From: an uncultured Bacteroidales bacterium
GTDB taxonomy: Bacteria > Bacteroidota > Bacteroidia > Bacteroidales > JAADJA01
NCBI GenBank assembly: GCA_964386225.1
Contig: CAYLTG010000001.1
Span: forward strand, 935-64,934
DNA: 64,000 nucleotides
Reading direction: 5' to 3'
Below the pieces are notes generated by a model. That model was not told the origin of the DNA and ran no database searches. It was given only the letters and a program-made list of their open reading frames with translations. Positions 23,079 through 33,836 of this stretch are shown piece by piece (the stretch's first letter is position 1; every line of letters starts with the position of its first letter). The position numbers were made by a program, and so were the translations under genes.

Positions 23079-26000
23079 GTGGACCCGCAAGAATTTCTGA
23101 ATATAGCCTCCGAAGATGAACGGACCCTCCGGTTGGCCGATAACCTGGCGGTGCTTGCCGGCGGATCGGTGCACATCAGGGGGTTGATCGGGTCCTCCGC
23201 AGCCCTGGCCATTGCGGCCGTGTTCGAGAAACTGGAGTCGAACCATCTCGTCGTCCTGCCCGACAAGGAGTCGGCAGCCTATTTCCTCAACGATCTCGAA
23301 AGCATTTACGTCGAGAAGGGTGAAAACTTCCACAAGAAGAAGATCCTTTTCTTCCCGGCATCCTACAAGCGGGCCGCGGAGATCGAGAACCAGGACAATA
23401 CCAACATCCTGTTGCGGACCGAGGTGCTCAAGCGCTTCGGCACGAGCAAGCGGAAATCGGTCGTGGTGACCTACCCCGAAGCCCTTGCCGAGAAGGTGGT
23501 CCGGAAAGCCTTCCTCAGCAAAAACACCATCAAGCTGAAGCGGGGCGAGCCCTCATCGCTTGACTTCATTGCCGACCTGTTGATCGAGAACGATTTCGAC
23601 CGGGTCGATTTCGTTTACGAACCCGGACAGTTCGCCATCCGGGGAGGGATCATCGACGTATTCTCATACACCAACGACTTCCCCTACAGGATCGAATTCT
23701 TCGGCGACGAGGTGGAGTCCATCCGGTCGTTCAACCCCGCCGACCAGCTCTCGATCGACAAGCTCGACCGCATCACCATCGTCCCCAACCTCCAGGACAG
23801 GCGCATTGTCGAGAAGAGGGAGTCGCTGCTTTCCTTTGTTGCCGAGGACACCGTGATCTGGTTCGAGGACCTGAAATTCACCGCCGACCGGATCGGACAG
23901 GAATATGACCTCATCCGGCAACGGTTCGACCATGCCGCAGAAGACGAGGCCGTGCGGCAGATCCTCCCGGAAGAGTTCTACATCCGGGGCGATGAGTTCT
24001 CAGACAGCCTGCAGGCTTTCAGGATCCTGGAGTTCGGCACGCATTTCCACCTCCGGGCCTTCGATACGGTGAGCTACAACACCAGCCCGCAACCCTCCTT
24101 CAACAAGAATTTCGGCCTGCTGATCGATGACCTGTCCGCCAATACCCGGAAAGGGTACAGGAATATCCTGTTCTCCGAGAGCCCCAACCAGATCAAACGG
24201 CTGTATGCCATCTTCGACGACATCCATGCCACCAGGGACATGGAGCGGCAGTTCGACTTCGATACGGCAAACTTCTCCCTGCACCGGGGGTTCATCGATC
24301 ACGACCATAAGATCGCCTGTTACACCGACCACCAGATCTTCGAACGCTACCACAAATATCACCTCAAGGAGAAGTTCGCCGGCAGCCAGGCACTGACGCT
24401 CAAGGAGATCTATAACCTGCAGCCGGGCGATTTCGTCACCCACATCGACCATGGCATCGGCCGTTTCGACGGACTTGAGAAGATCGACAACAACGGTAAG
24501 CTGCAGGAGGCCATCCGGCTGATCTACAAGGATGGTGACCTGCTCTACATCAGCATCCATTCGCTGCACCGCATCTCCAAGTATGTGGGGAAGGAAGGGG
24601 CTGCACCCTCCCTCAACAGGCTCGGTTCCAATGCCTGGAACAAGCTCAAGGCCAGGACGAAGAGCAAGGTCAAGGACATCGCCAAGGAACTCATCAAGCT
24701 TTATGCGGAACGCAAATCGGCCGACGGGTTCCGGTATTCCCCCGACACCTACCTGCAGCACGAACTGGAGGCCTCCTTCATCTACGAGGACACCCCCGAC
24801 CAGGTGAAGGCCACCCAGGATGTTAAGGGCGACATGGAGTTGCCCCATCCCATGGACCGGCTCATCTGCGGCGATGTGGGGTTCGGCAAGACCGAAGTGG
24901 CCATCAGGGCGGCATTCAAGGCCGTTGCCGACAGCAAGCAGGTGGCGGTGCTGGTGCCCACCACCATCCTGGCACTGCAGCATTTCAAGACCTTTTCCGA
25001 CCGACTGTCGGAATTTCCCTGCCGCGTGGAGTACATCAACCGGTTCAAGTCGGCCAAAGCCCAGACCCAGATCAAAAAGGACCTCAAGGATAAGAAGATC
25101 GACATCCTCATCGGCACGCACCGGCTTATCAGCAAGGACATCGAGTTCAGCGACCTCGGGCTCCTCATCGTGGACGAAGAGCAGAAGTTCGGAGTCGGCA
25201 CCAAGGAAAAGCTCAAGCAGTTGAAGGTGAACGTGGATACCCTCACCCTTACGGCCACGCCCATTCCGAGGACCCTTCAGTTCTCGCTGATGGGTGCCCG
25301 GGACCTGTCGATCATCAACACGCCGCCGCCCAACCGGTATCCCATCCTCACGGAGCTGAGGGCCTTCAATGGTGAACTGATCCGGGATGCCATCAATTAC
25401 GAGGTCGACAGGGGAGGCCAGGTGTTCTTTGTCCACAACCGGGTGCAGAACATCGAAGAAGTGGCCGACATGATCAGGAAGTTCTGCCCGGATGTCAGCA
25501 TCGCTATCGGACACGGACAGATGGAAGGCCATAAACTGGAGAAGGTGATGCTGGAGTTCATCGATGGCAAGTACGACATATTGCTGGCCACCACCATCAT
25601 CGAGTCGGGGCTTGACATCCCCAATGTGAACACCATCATCATCAACGATGCCCAGAATTACGGGCTGAGCGACCTTCATCAGCTCCGCGGACGGGTCGGC
25701 AGGGCCAACAGGAAGGCATTCTGCTACCTCCTGTCGCCGCCGCTCACCACCCTCACTGCCGATGCAAGGAAAAGGCTGAAGGCCATCGAGGAGTTCTCGG
25801 AGCTGGGCAGTGGTTTCAACATCGCCATGCGCGACCTGGACATCCGCGGCGCCGGTAACATCCTCGGTGCCGAGCAGAGCGGTTTCATCTCCGACATCGG
25901 CTTCGAGATGTACCACAAGATCCTGGATGAGGCCGTCATGGAGCTGAAAGAGACCGAGTTCAGGGAGTTGTATGCCGACGAGCAGGAGGCAGGCTATGTC

Positions 26001-26462
26001 CGCGACTGCCAGATCGAGTCCGACATGGCACTTCTCATCACCGACGATTATGTGTCCAGCATCTCGGAGCGCCTCAGCCTCTACAAGGAACTGGACGACA
26101 TACAGGAAGAGGTCGAGCTGCAGCGGTTCCGGCTTCGCCTGGTCGACCGGTTCGGGCCCCTGCCGACACAGACCGAGGAACTCATCCAGACCATCCGCCT
26201 CCGCTGGTTGGCCAAGGAGCTGGGTTTTGAGAAGATCATCATGAAAAATGAACGGTTGACCGGCTATTTCATCTCCAACCAGGAATCGCCGTTCTACCGG
26301 TCGGAGAAGTTCACCAGGATCCTCCAATATGTCCAGCAGAACCCGAGGCTCTGCAGGATGAAGGAGGCACGCGACAAGCTAACCCTCACCTTCGTGAACG
26401 TCGATACCGTGAGCATGGCCCTGAAAGTACTGCGCGAGATCATCCATGGCCGCCAGGTATAG
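23079..26462 (+). CDS. mfd: Transcription-repair coupling factor
   Basis: 1127 aa with a GTG start. It has the CarD-like motif GDFVTHIDHGIGRF, the helicase motif LICGDVGFGKTEVA plus DEEQKFGV, and a TRG/TRCF C-terminal region. Confidence 0.95.
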   Translation: MDPQEFLNIASEDERTLRLADNLAVLAGGSVHIRGLIGSSAALAIAAVFEKLESNHLVVLPDKESAAYFLNDLESIYVEKGENFHKKKILFFPASYKRAAEIENQDNTNILLRTEVLKRFGTSKRKSVVVTYPEALAEKVVRKAFLSKNTIKLKRGEPSSLDFIADLLIENDFDRVDFVYEPGQFAIRGGIIDVFSYTNDFPYRIEFFGDEVESIRSFNPADQLSIDKLDRITIVPNLQDRRIVEKRESLLSFVAEDTVIWFEDLKFTADRIGQEYDLIRQRFDHAAEDEAVRQILPEEFYIRGDEFSDSLQAFRILEFGTHFHLRAFDTVSYNTSPQPSFNKNFGLLIDDLSANTRKGYRNILFSESPNQIKRLYAIFDDIHATRDMERQFDFDTANFSLHRGFIDHDHKIACYTDHQIFERYHKYHLKEKFAGSQALTLKEIYNLQPGDFVTHIDHGIGRFDGLEKIDNNGKLQEAIRLIYKDGDLLYISIHSLHRISKYVGKEGAAPSLNRLGSNAWNKLKARTKSKVKDIAKELIKLYAERKSADGFRYSPDTYLQHELEASFIYEDTPDQVKATQDVKGDMELPHPMDRLICGDVGFGKTEVAIRAAFKAVADSKQVAVLVPTTILALQHFKTFSDRLSEFPCRVEYINRFKSAKAQTQIKKDLKDKKIDILIGTHRLISKDIEFSDLGLLIVDEEQKFGVGTKEKLKQLKVNVDTLTLTATPIPRTLQFSLMGARDLSIINTPPPNRYPILTELRAFNGELIRDAINYEVDRGGQVFFVHNRVQNIEEVADMIRKFCPDVSIAIGHGQMEGHKLEKVMLEFIDGKYDILLATTIIESGLDIPNVNTIIINDAQNYGLSDLHQLRGRVGRANRKAFCYLLSPPLTTLTADARKRLKAIEEFSELGSGFNIAMRDLDIRGAGNILGAEQSGFISDIGFEMYHKILDEAVMELKETEFRELYADEQEAGYVRDCQIESDMALLITDDYVSSISERLSLYKELDDIQEEVELQRFRLRLVDRFGPLPTQTEELIQTIRLRWLAKELGFEKIIMKNERLTGYFISNQESPFYRSEKFTRILQYVQQNPRLCRMKEARDKLTLTFVNVDTVSMALKVLREIIHGRQV

Positions 26463-26541
26463 ATCTTCCATGTTTTTTTGAACCATTGAATCCGAGGCTT
26501 GTTCTATGTTTACAAATCCATAAACCCGTCAAAATTAAATC

Positions 26542-27408
26542 ATGAGTGCATCCATTTTAGTCTCCGGCGCCACCGGGACCATCGGTTCGTTGCTGATCGA
26601 GCAGTTGCAGGCCAAAGACGCCGATTTCATCGCCCTTGCCAGGAGCGAGGAGAAGGCCAGGGCCCTGAACGAGAAAGGTATCCGGACTGTCATCGGTGAT
26701 TTTGCCGACCCGGCCTCCATGCGGTCCGCCCTGCAGGGCGTCGAAAAATTTTTCATGCTTTCGGTCACCTCGCCGGAGATCCCAAAGCTTCAGGGGGCAG
26801 CCACCGATGCGGCGGTCAGTGCAGGTGTACGGCACATCGTGAAGATCTCTGCCCGGGGTGCCTCCCACGACTCATCCATCGGGATACAACGGTTCCATGC
26901 CGGGGCCGAGGATCATGTCAGGAATTCGGGGATACCGTTCACGTTCCTGCAGCCGGAAGCCTTCATGCAGAACCTCATCTTCGACCGGGAGACCATCCGT
27001 GACCAGGGTGCCCTCTATTCCCAGACCGGCGAGGGCCGGGTGGCCATGATCGATGCACGCGACATCGCCGCCGCCGCCGCGGAATGCCTGCTTCATCCCG
27101 GCCATGAGGGAAACACCTATGTGTTGACCGGTCCCGAGGCCATATCCTACCGCCACATTGCGGAGGTGCTCACCGGGAGGCTCGGAAGGACGATCCGCTA
27201 CATACCGGTCACTTCTGTCCAGTCGAGGAGCAGCATGCTCGAGGCCGGGATGCCCGGCTGGCTCGTGGAAGACCTGGTCGCCGTCGCCGCGCAGCATGCT
27301 CAGGGACTGGCCAGCGAGGTGAGCCCCGATCTGGAAAGGGTCACAGGCAGCAAGGGATTTACCATTCAGGATTTTCTCCGCGATTTCGAACATCACTTCC
27401 GTCGATGA
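26542..27408 (+). CDS. NmrA-like / atypical SDR NAD(P)H-binding protein
   Basis: N-terminal Rossmann motif ILVSGATGTIGS in a 288-aa NmrA-like layout. Confidence 0.8.
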   Translation: MSASILVSGATGTIGSLLIEQLQAKDADFIALARSEEKARALNEKGIRTVIGDFADPASMRSALQGVEKFFMLSVTSPEIPKLQGAATDAAVSAGVRHIVKISARGASHDSSIGIQRFHAGAEDHVRNSGIPFTFLQPEAFMQNLIFDRETIRDQGALYSQTGEGRVAMIDARDIAAAAAECLLHPGHEGNTYVLTGPEAISYRHIAEVLTGRLGRTIRYIPVTSVQSRSSMLEAGMPGWLVEDLVAVAAQHAQGLASEVSPDLERVTGSKGFTIQDFLRDFEHHFRR

Positions 27409-27493
27409 AATAGCCCGGGTCATTTCAGCACCGTGGCAGGGTCGGGAGCAAATATAAATTTCGTAAATTTGTTTTCGACCAATTCATTCTGCC

Positions 27494-28207
27494 ATGCAAC
27501 AGACAATGCGTAACCGTACCCTCGGGCTGGGGCTGCTCGTAATCGTCATAGGCCTCGTTTTCTTATTTCGCCAGATGGGCGCCTTCAGCTATGCCACCGA
27601 ACAGATCATCTTCTCCTGGCAAATGCTCCTCATAGCCCTTGGACTTTTCTTTCTTGTTTTCGGGGAGAACAAGACCGCGGGCTTTATCCTGATCGCGGTC
27701 GGCGGTTTCTTCCTTTTGCCTGAAGTGTTCGACCTGCCCTATAATTTCAGAAGGACCTTCTGGCCTGTGCTGCTCATCCTGCTCGGGCTTTTCATCCTGT
27801 CGAGGTCGGGCTTGTTCGGACGCAAGCGGGGCGAGCCCGTGATCGCCGGCGGCGGCGAGGACTCTCTGTTCCTCGATGAGGTGAATATCTTCAGCGGGTC
27901 CGACCGCAAGATATCCGGGGTAAACCTGAAAGGGGGAAAGATCACCTCCATCTTCGGCGGCTCCGAGCTGGACCTCACCGATGCCCGGCTGTCGGATGGG
28001 AATAACGTCATCGAAGTGCTATACATATTCGGCGGGTCCTCAATTACGGTTCCGCGCGACTGGCACGTGATCAACCAGGTGACCGCTGTGATGGGCGGCT
28101 TCTCGGATAAGCGCACGGACCTGCCGCCCCCCGGCGATAGCTCCCAAAAAACGCTCACGATCCGCGGCCTGGTTGTATTCGGAGGAGGTGAGATCAAATC
28201 GCGCTAG
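27494..28207 (+). CDS. LiaF-like cell-envelope stress membrane protein
   Basis: There are four N-terminal TM helices. The C-terminal beta-rich region IFGGSELDLTDA...YIFGGSSITVPRDW...VMGGFSDKR resembles the LiaF/DUF2154 domain. Confidence 0.65.
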   Translation: MQQTMRNRTLGLGLLVIVIGLVFLFRQMGAFSYATEQIIFSWQMLLIALGLFFLVFGENKTAGFILIAVGGFFLLPEVFDLPYNFRRTFWPVLLILLGLFILSRSGLFGRKRGEPVIAGGGEDSLFLDEVNIFSGSDRKISGVNLKGGKITSIFGGSELDLTDARLSDGNNVIEVLYIFGGSSITVPRDWHVINQVTAVMGGFSDKRTDLPPPGDSSQKTLTIRGLVVFGGGEIKSR

Positions 28208-28357
28208 ATCCCCCAGGTCCGGATATTTCACCATTCATACATGCTTTTCTGAGGACCTGGATCGTATTTTGTTTAATTAATTCACCAAAAAATTAAACAA
28301 AATTGATTTTATGTTGTTTGGTTATCAATTCAATCAAATTCCACTAAACTGATCGAA

Positions 28358-29104
28358 ATGAAAATCAACGGCAACGGATACGACATAATCCACAAAGAAA
28401 AGCGCAATGGCCACCATACGGCATACACCGCAGAAAAGACGCATGACCATGACTATGATCTCATGGGTGACGATCACATAGCCGCTTCGCCGGACACACC
28501 CATGCGCGAAGACGCCTTCGCCCTCACCGACGAGATCAAGCAGGAGATCATCGAGGAGCATTTTGAGAAGATCATGCTGGCCCTGGGGCTCGACCTCACA
28601 GACGACAGCCTGAGGGGGACCCCCCGGCGAATGGCCAAGATGTATGTGAAGGAGATCTTCTCGGGACTGGATCCGAGGAACAAACCCGCCATATCCCTCT
28701 TCGAGAACAAATACAAGTACAGCCAGATGCTGGTCGAGAAGCATATTCATGTGAACTCCACCTGCGAGCACCATTTCCTTCCCATCACCGGCAAGGCTCA
28801 TGTGGGATACATCAGCTCCGGCAAGGTGATCGGGCTTTCCAAGATCAACCGGATCGTCGACTACTTCTCCCGCCGCCCGCAGGTCCAGGAACGCCTCACC
28901 GTGCAAATCGCCAAAGAATTGAAGCAGGTGTTGAACACTCCGGACGTTGCCGTTGTTATAGAGGCGAAACACATGTGTGTGTCATGCAGGGGGATCGAAG
29001 ACGACGGCAGCACCACACTGACGGCTGAATATACCGGAAAATTCAAGGACGATGTGTATCGTGACGAGTTCCTGCGGTATATCAACCTTGAGATGAAGAA
29101 ATAA
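28358..29104 (+). CDS. folE: GTP cyclohydrolase I
   Basis: Motifs [27 protein letters not shown] and QVQERLT. The N-terminal ~50-aa extension makes the exact start uncertain. Confidence 0.9.
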   Translation: MKINGNGYDIIHKEKRNGHHTAYTAEKTHDHDYDLMGDDHIAASPDTPMREDAFALTDEIKQEIIEEHFEKIMLALGLDLTDDSLRGTPRRMAKMYVKEIFSGLDPRNKPAISLFENKYKYSQMLVEKHIHVNSTCEHHFLPITGKAHVGYISSGKVIGLSKINRIVDYFSRRPQVQERLTVQIAKELKQVLNTPDVAVVIEAKHMCVSCRGIEDDGSTTLTAEYTGKFKDDVYRDEFLRYINLEMKK

Positions 29105-29134
29105 TCTTTTTAAGTTGGTTTTATTTGATTGTGG

Positions 29135-29166
29135 ATCCTGTCCCGTTCCGGGGCAGGATTTTTTTT
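29135..29166 (+). terminator. Rho-independent terminator of folE
   Basis: ATCCTGTCCC / GGGGCAGGAT stem with a 5-nt loop, followed by T8. Confidence 0.65.
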
Positions 29167-29209
29167 GTCCCTTGAACGACCTGATGATTTTCTGGAATAT
29201 GCGCGATGG

Positions 29210-30943
29210 CTAGTTGATCTTGGCCCGGTCGCCATTGGTGTATTCCACGATGAAGGCTCCTTCGATCCCTTTTTCGATCAGCTCCAGCCTGAGCTTGAGG
29301 GCTTTCGCCTTGGACTTGCATGCCCCGACGGTATATTTTCTCCAGTTGTGATACACCTCCTCGTTGACCTCTTCCTCGATGTCGTACATTTCCCGGAGCA
29401 CGGAGGGGGATACCTCCTTGTGCATCAGCGCGAGGATCTGCACACGCCAGCATTCACCGTTCTCCTCATACCTGGTCTGAACCCCCGGCAATGCGTCCGG
29501 CGCCACTTCTTTCAGTTCGCTGAGGGTGTTGAGCCTGTGGTTTTCGAAGTAGGCGATGATGAAAGCATCCTTCAGGAGTTTCTTCTTCACCAGGTCTTTC
29601 CTGTAGGCCTTTGCTTCTTCATAGGTCTTGAACGACCCGATGGAATACTTGTACCAGTTGTTGATCTGCTCCTCCCTGATGGGGTTGTCGATGTTCAGCA
29701 TCCTGGCCAGGCTGTCGGTGGAGATCTTCTTCTTGTAAGCGGCCCGGATCTGGATCCTGAACTCCACCTTTTCGCTGGGTGATTGCATCTCTTCCTGCTC
29801 CACCACGGGTTCTTCCACTGCTATGGGCTCGGCGACGATCTTGCGCTTGATGAACACGTCGGTCTTGTAACGGTATTCCTTCCTGAGGGTATCGATGTAA
29901 AGGATGCTCACCATGGGCAGGGTTCCGAAGATCTTGTCCAGCTGGACGTTATAGCTTACCTCGAAGATCGAGTCCGTGGGCATTTCGTCCCAGTACAGGC
30001 TCAGGGTGTAGTTCTTGAATTCCACCCTGGCACCCGCGATGGCCGTGTCGGTCACCATGAACCCGATGGGCAGGATCTGGGTGAGTTCCGCTTTCCCCTG
30101 GATGGCCCCCTTGTAGATCTTGCAGCGCATGGTGAATGAATCCATCGATTCCAGCTCCTGGGGGAAGAAATAGAGCAGGTCGACATAGGCGTTGGCCAGC
30201 AGGTCCTCCTTCGGCTCCGGCGGCGGCGGCGGGGGCTCTTTCGACTTGCGGGCGCCGAAGTTGTAAGAAAGCCCCAGGGAAGTGTAATAATACATGTCGT
30301 CGGCGGTGCCCTTCACCTGTCCGTCGAGCTGGTCGCTCATCGTCATCCGGTAGCCGGTCTCCAGGTTCACATACCAGCGCGGGGTCAGCCTGAAATCCAG
30401 GCCGAGGCCGAACGGAACGGCAAAGCTGGTCTCCCGCGAGGTCTTGCCGCCGGACCCCCGGTCCTCATACCCATAGCCGTCGACGACCTCCCCCGTCGAG
30501 ATCTTTGTCGCCTGGCTCCTGAAAGCCAGCGAGCTCACACCCAGAAATCCGTACAGGCTCACCGTGCGGTTCCTGTTCTCCCCGAACAGGTTGAGGAAAT
30601 TGACGGTGGTCCCCAGCTGCATCTCCAGCACTTCGCTTGCGAATTGCAGGTCGGAGGACTCTTTGAGCCCTTTGAACCGGGCGTTCAGGAATTGAAAGTG
30701 GGCGGAGAACACGGGCGAGATGAATTTCCCGAGCCGGAATCCATAGCCTAGGTCCGTCTCGTCACTTAGCTTCCCGATGGGGTCCGAACTGTTCGAAAGG
30801 TCACCGTACATCTGGGTGAACCCGGCATTGGCGTTGAGGTACCACTGGTAATCCACGGATGATTGACCGATGCTGTTTTTTACCGGGAAGATGAACATCC
30901 AGACCAGAAAAATCGGGAAGAACCTGCGGATTATCATTGCCAT
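29210..30943 (-). CDS. Outer-membrane beta-barrel protein with two C-terminal SPOR domains
   Basis: The N-terminal part is an OmpA-like barrel (YLNANAGFTQMYGDL...). A proline-rich linker PPPPPEP follows. Two SPOR-like repeats are FRIQIRAAYKK...AFIIAYF and WRVQILALMHK...AFIVEY. Confidence 0.8.
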   Translation of the reverse strand: MAMIIRRFFPIFLVWMFIFPVKNSIGQSSVDYQWYLNANAGFTQMYGDLSNSSDPIGKLSDETDLGYGFRLGKFISPVFSAHFQFLNARFKGLKESSDLQFASEVLEMQLGTTVNFLNLFGENRNRTVSLYGFLGVSSLAFRSQATKISTGEVVDGYGYEDRGSGGKTSRETSFAVPFGLGLDFRLTPRWYVNLETGYRMTMSDQLDGQVKGTADDMYYYTSLGLSYNFGARKSKEPPPPPPEPKEDLLANAYVDLLYFFPQELESMDSFTMRCKIYKGAIQGKAELTQILPIGFMVTDTAIAGARVEFKNYTLSLYWDEMPTDSIFEVSYNVQLDKIFGTLPMVSILYIDTLRKEYRYKTDVFIKRKIVAEPIAVEEPVVEQEEMQSPSEKVEFRIQIRAAYKKKISTDSLARMLNIDNPIREEQINNWYKYSIGSFKTYEEAKAYRKDLVKKKLLKDAFIIAYFENHRLNTLSELKEVAPDALPGVQTRYEENGECWRVQILALMHKEVSPSVLREMYDIEEEVNEEVYHNWRKYTVGACKSKAKALKLRLELIEKGIEGAFIVEYTNGDRAKIN

Positions 30944-31189
30944 GTGGAAGAGCTGAATGATTACTTTTCGGACAAATTTAATGACATATGAAGGTCGGGA
31001 TCATTCCTCTTGTATAAACTATTTAACATGAAAATGTTAACAAAGAGGTTTCGCTCCGCCCATGGCGGCCTCATCGGCACCTCTGGCATCCCGGCACCCC
31101 GGATGTTTGTGCATTCTGTCAAAATGGTGCCCGGCCGGGTCGGCGTATCATTTATTTGGGTAATTTTGAGTGTATCCAACTGACCCGTC

Positions 31190-31906
31190 ATGACGCGACT
31201 TAGTGTGAATATCAATAAAATCGCTACCCTGCGCAATGCCCGGGGCGGCAATGTGCCGGATGTCCTGAAAGCGGCTGTCGACTGTGAACGGTTCGGTGCC
31301 CAGGGCATCACCGTCCATCCGCGGCCCGACGAAAGGCATATCCGCTACCGGGATGTGCGTGAAATCGCCCCGCTGGTGACCACGGAATTCAACATTGAAG
31401 GGTATCCGTCCCGCTCCTTCATCGACCTGGTCCTGGAAGTAACTCCCGACCAGGTGACGCTGGTCCCCGATCCCCCCGGGGTACTGACCTCCAACGCCGG
31501 CTGGGACACCATCCGGCACGAGGGTTTCCTGAAAGAGGTCGTCGGCGAATTCAAGGCCCGTGGGATCAGGACCTCCCTCTTCATCGAGACCGATGACAGG
31601 ATGATCAGGAATGCCGCACGGACCGGCACGGACCGGGTTGAGCTCTACACGGAGGCCTATGCCCGCAACTTCCCGAAGGGCCCTGAAATGGCGGTTGCCC
31701 CCTACGTGGCGGCCGCCAACGTGGCCGTCGAGGTTGGTCTCGGCCTGAATGCCGGTCACGACCTTGATCTGGCCAATTTGAAATATTTCGCAACTCACGT
31801 TCCTGCCCTGCTGGAAGTCTCCATCGGTCACGCACTGATCTCGGATGCGCTGTACATGGGTCTTGAGAACACCATCCGGTTGTACCGGCGCGAACTGATG
31901 CCCTGA
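31190..31906 (+). CDS. pdxJ: Pyridoxine 5'-phosphate synthase
   Basis: Motifs [38 protein letters not shown]. Confidence 0.95.
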   Translation: MTRLSVNINKIATLRNARGGNVPDVLKAAVDCERFGAQGITVHPRPDERHIRYRDVREIAPLVTTEFNIEGYPSRSFIDLVLEVTPDQVTLVPDPPGVLTSNAGWDTIRHEGFLKEVVGEFKARGIRTSLFIETDDRMIRNAARTGTDRVELYTEAYARNFPKGPEMAVAPYVAAANVAVEVGLGLNAGHDLDLANLKYFATHVPALLEVSIGHALISDALYMGLENTIRLYRRELMP

Positions 31907-33160
31907 TCAGCGTGTGTCACGCATGGAATAATAGAAAAGGAAACTGTTCAGGAAAGCGTAGAAGACCACCCCGGCCTGCCGCTCCAGCATGCTTTCCACC
32001 AGGAGGTTGAAAGCGAACACGGCAAGCAGGGCCAGGTAAAGCAGCTGTTTTCGGCGGAAGGCAAACCATGCCGGAACCAACAACAGGGCCACCAGGGTAG
32101 CAAAACCGGCAAGGCCCAGGGCGATGAATGTCTGGAGGTACTGGTTGTGGGCATTCAGCGATTCATCGAAGGCAAACCGGATGTTCTTCTCCTGGTAAAC
32201 CTTCATCAGCTCGGGCTCCACATCGCCTGTGCCCACACCAAGGAAAGGATGTTCCCTGATGATCTCCAGCGACGACTGCCAGACCAGGATCCGCGCCACA
32301 CTGCTCTCATTGGAACTTGCCTCGGGTTCGCTCTCCAGCGCTGTTTCAGCACTGTAGAACCTGGAATAGGAACGGGGGAAGAACGATAGCGTCACAAGGA
32401 AAAGGATCAGGAGGGATGCCGAGATGACCGACCTTGTCCCCTTTCGCTCCTCCCGGTGGAACAGGTGGTATCCGATCGCCAGGGTGTACAGGAGGACCAC
32501 CGAAAGGATCCCGGCCTTGGAACTGAGCAGCACAACGAACAGCTGGAAAACAAGGATGAGCAGGATGGCAAGGACCCTTTTCCCGGATTGCTCCCGCAGA
32601 TTCTCGAAGAGCCAGACCAGGACCACGGCAATGGCAAACGTGAAGAATAGGGCCAGGTAACTGGGATGCTGGGGATAGGCCAGCAGGACGTAATAGAATG
32701 CATCTGTGCTGCCTGATTGGAAGTAATTGAACACCGCCTTGTTGAACACAAGGATGAGACTGACGAGATTTCCAAACAAAAAGGCAGACAGGACCTTTTT
32801 CCTGAACTCCGGACCAAAACGCTCGAATTCGACGGTCGCGAATAGCAATGGGAAGACCCAAAGCGACATCTTCACTTCGAGGTTGAACAGGGCCCCGGTC
32901 TGGCCATGCAGATTCCCGGAATAGAGGGTGCCGATCAGGTAGAGGAGATACAATATCGCAAAGGAGAGCAGGTGCCCGGATCCGGACAGGGCCCTTATCC
33001 TCCTGATCTTTTCACGGAAATTGAGCTCCAGCAGCCAGTTAATGCCGATGAGTGAGATGATGGGCGGGGCCAGCTTGTTGTGGATGGGAAATGCGAAAGC
33101 CAGGGCAATGAAAAGAAAATAATAAGCTCGGTAGGTGAATGATTGTTTGAAAAGCCCCAT
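31907..33160 (-). CDS. O-antigen ligase/polymerase-family membrane protein
   Basis: 417 aa with about 10-12 TM helices. A periplasmic loop ...HPFLGVGTGD...NAHNQYLQ resembles the Wzy_C/O-antigen ligase motif. Confidence 0.75.
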   Translation of the reverse strand: MGLFKQSFTYRAYYFLFIALAFAFPIHNKLAPPIISLIGINWLLELNFREKIRRIRALSGSGHLLSFAILYLLYLIGTLYSGNLHGQTGALFNLEVKMSLWVFPLLFATVEFERFGPEFRKKVLSAFLFGNLVSLILVFNKAVFNYFQSGSTDAFYYVLLAYPQHPSYLALFFTFAIAVVLVWLFENLREQSGKRVLAILLILVFQLFVVLLSSKAGILSVVLLYTLAIGYHLFHREERKGTRSVISASLLILFLVTLSFFPRSYSRFYSAETALESEPEASSNESSVARILVWQSSLEIIREHPFLGVGTGDVEPELMKVYQEKNIRFAFDESLNAHNQYLQTFIALGLAGFATLVALLLVPAWFAFRRKQLLYLALLAVFAFNLLVESMLERQAGVVFYAFLNSFLFYYSMRDTR

Positions 33161-33835
33161 TTACTTGTAGATTTCAGCGATTACATGCGAGCGGAGAAAC
33201 GGAAAGGCAAATGTAATCAATTTGTACATGCCGAACACTCTTCTTCCGATCGGATGGAAAAGGGTCGTACGGTGGAAGGCAATGGACGAAGCATCAGGGA
33301 ATAAGCGGATCACCTCCTTCTTTCCGATTGGTTTGATATGCCTGGCAAACGGGTTGTCGAAGGCGATGTCATACCACAGGATGAGCCCGCCGGGTTTCGC
33401 CATGTTGAACATGGTCCTGGCCAGGTCTTTCTTCAGGCCTTCATCCAGGATGGAGGTGAAAACGGTGGACTGGAAAACAAGATCAAACTGGTTGCGGTAG
33501 GGAAGTAAGCTGGCATTTCCGGGATCCGCATGGATGCCCGGGAAATTTTCCTTCAAGGTCAAAAACCGGTCCTCGAGAAGCTCATTGGCCCAAATGTTCG
33601 CCGACCTGAATCCCAGCTCGAGGAAATGATCAATGTTCTGCCCTGTTCCCGCACCTATTTCCATCATGCTCAGGTGGCGGAAGTCATCGTGAAAATGCCT
33701 CTTCAGGATGGCTGCAAAATATTCCCGCTTTTCCCTGCGGCTGCAACGTGTGAAATACTCATCCCCCCGGGTAGGTGCAGCCATGTTTTCCTTTCGCATG
33801 GCATAGCGCTCCTTTATCTTGCCAATTTCGTCCAT
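33161..33835 (-). CDS. Class I SAM-dependent methyltransferase
   Basis: Start at ATG 33835, 1 nt after the upstream stop. Motif I is MMEIGAGTGQN, in a Rossmann-like MTase layout. Confidence 0.75.
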   Translation of the reverse strand: MDEIGKIKERYAMRKENMAAPTRGDEYFTRCSRREKREYFAAILKRHFHDDFRHLSMMEIGAGTGQNIDHFLELGFRSANIWANELLEDRFLTLKENFPGIHADPGNASLLPYRNQFDLVFQSTVFTSILDEGLKKDLARTMFNMAKPGGLILWYDIAFDNPFARHIKPIGKKEVIRLFPDASSIAFHRTTLFHPIGRRVFGMYKLITFAFPFLRSHVIAEIYK

Positions 33836-33836
33836 G

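Noticed and set aside
24000-26327. 775-aa ORF antisense to mfd.
   Set aside because: It lies entirely inside, and opposite to, a gene with unmistakable Mfd motifs. Its translation is low-complexity and rich in G/D/E/L/V/P, as expected for the stop-poor antisense frame of GC3-rich coding DNA.
28271-28298. AT-rich inverted repeat GTTTAATT-N12-AATTAAAC upstream of folE, considered as a riboswitch or operator.
   Set aside because: It has no conserved riboswitch core that I can recognise (THF, preQ1, etc.). An A/T-only palindrome in an AT-rich promoter region is weak evidence.
31023-31040. Palindrome TTAACAT-GAAA-ATGTTAA in the SPOR/pdxJ divergent region.
   Set aside because: It is a single short AT-rich palindrome with no second copy or associated regulator, which is insufficient to call a binding site.
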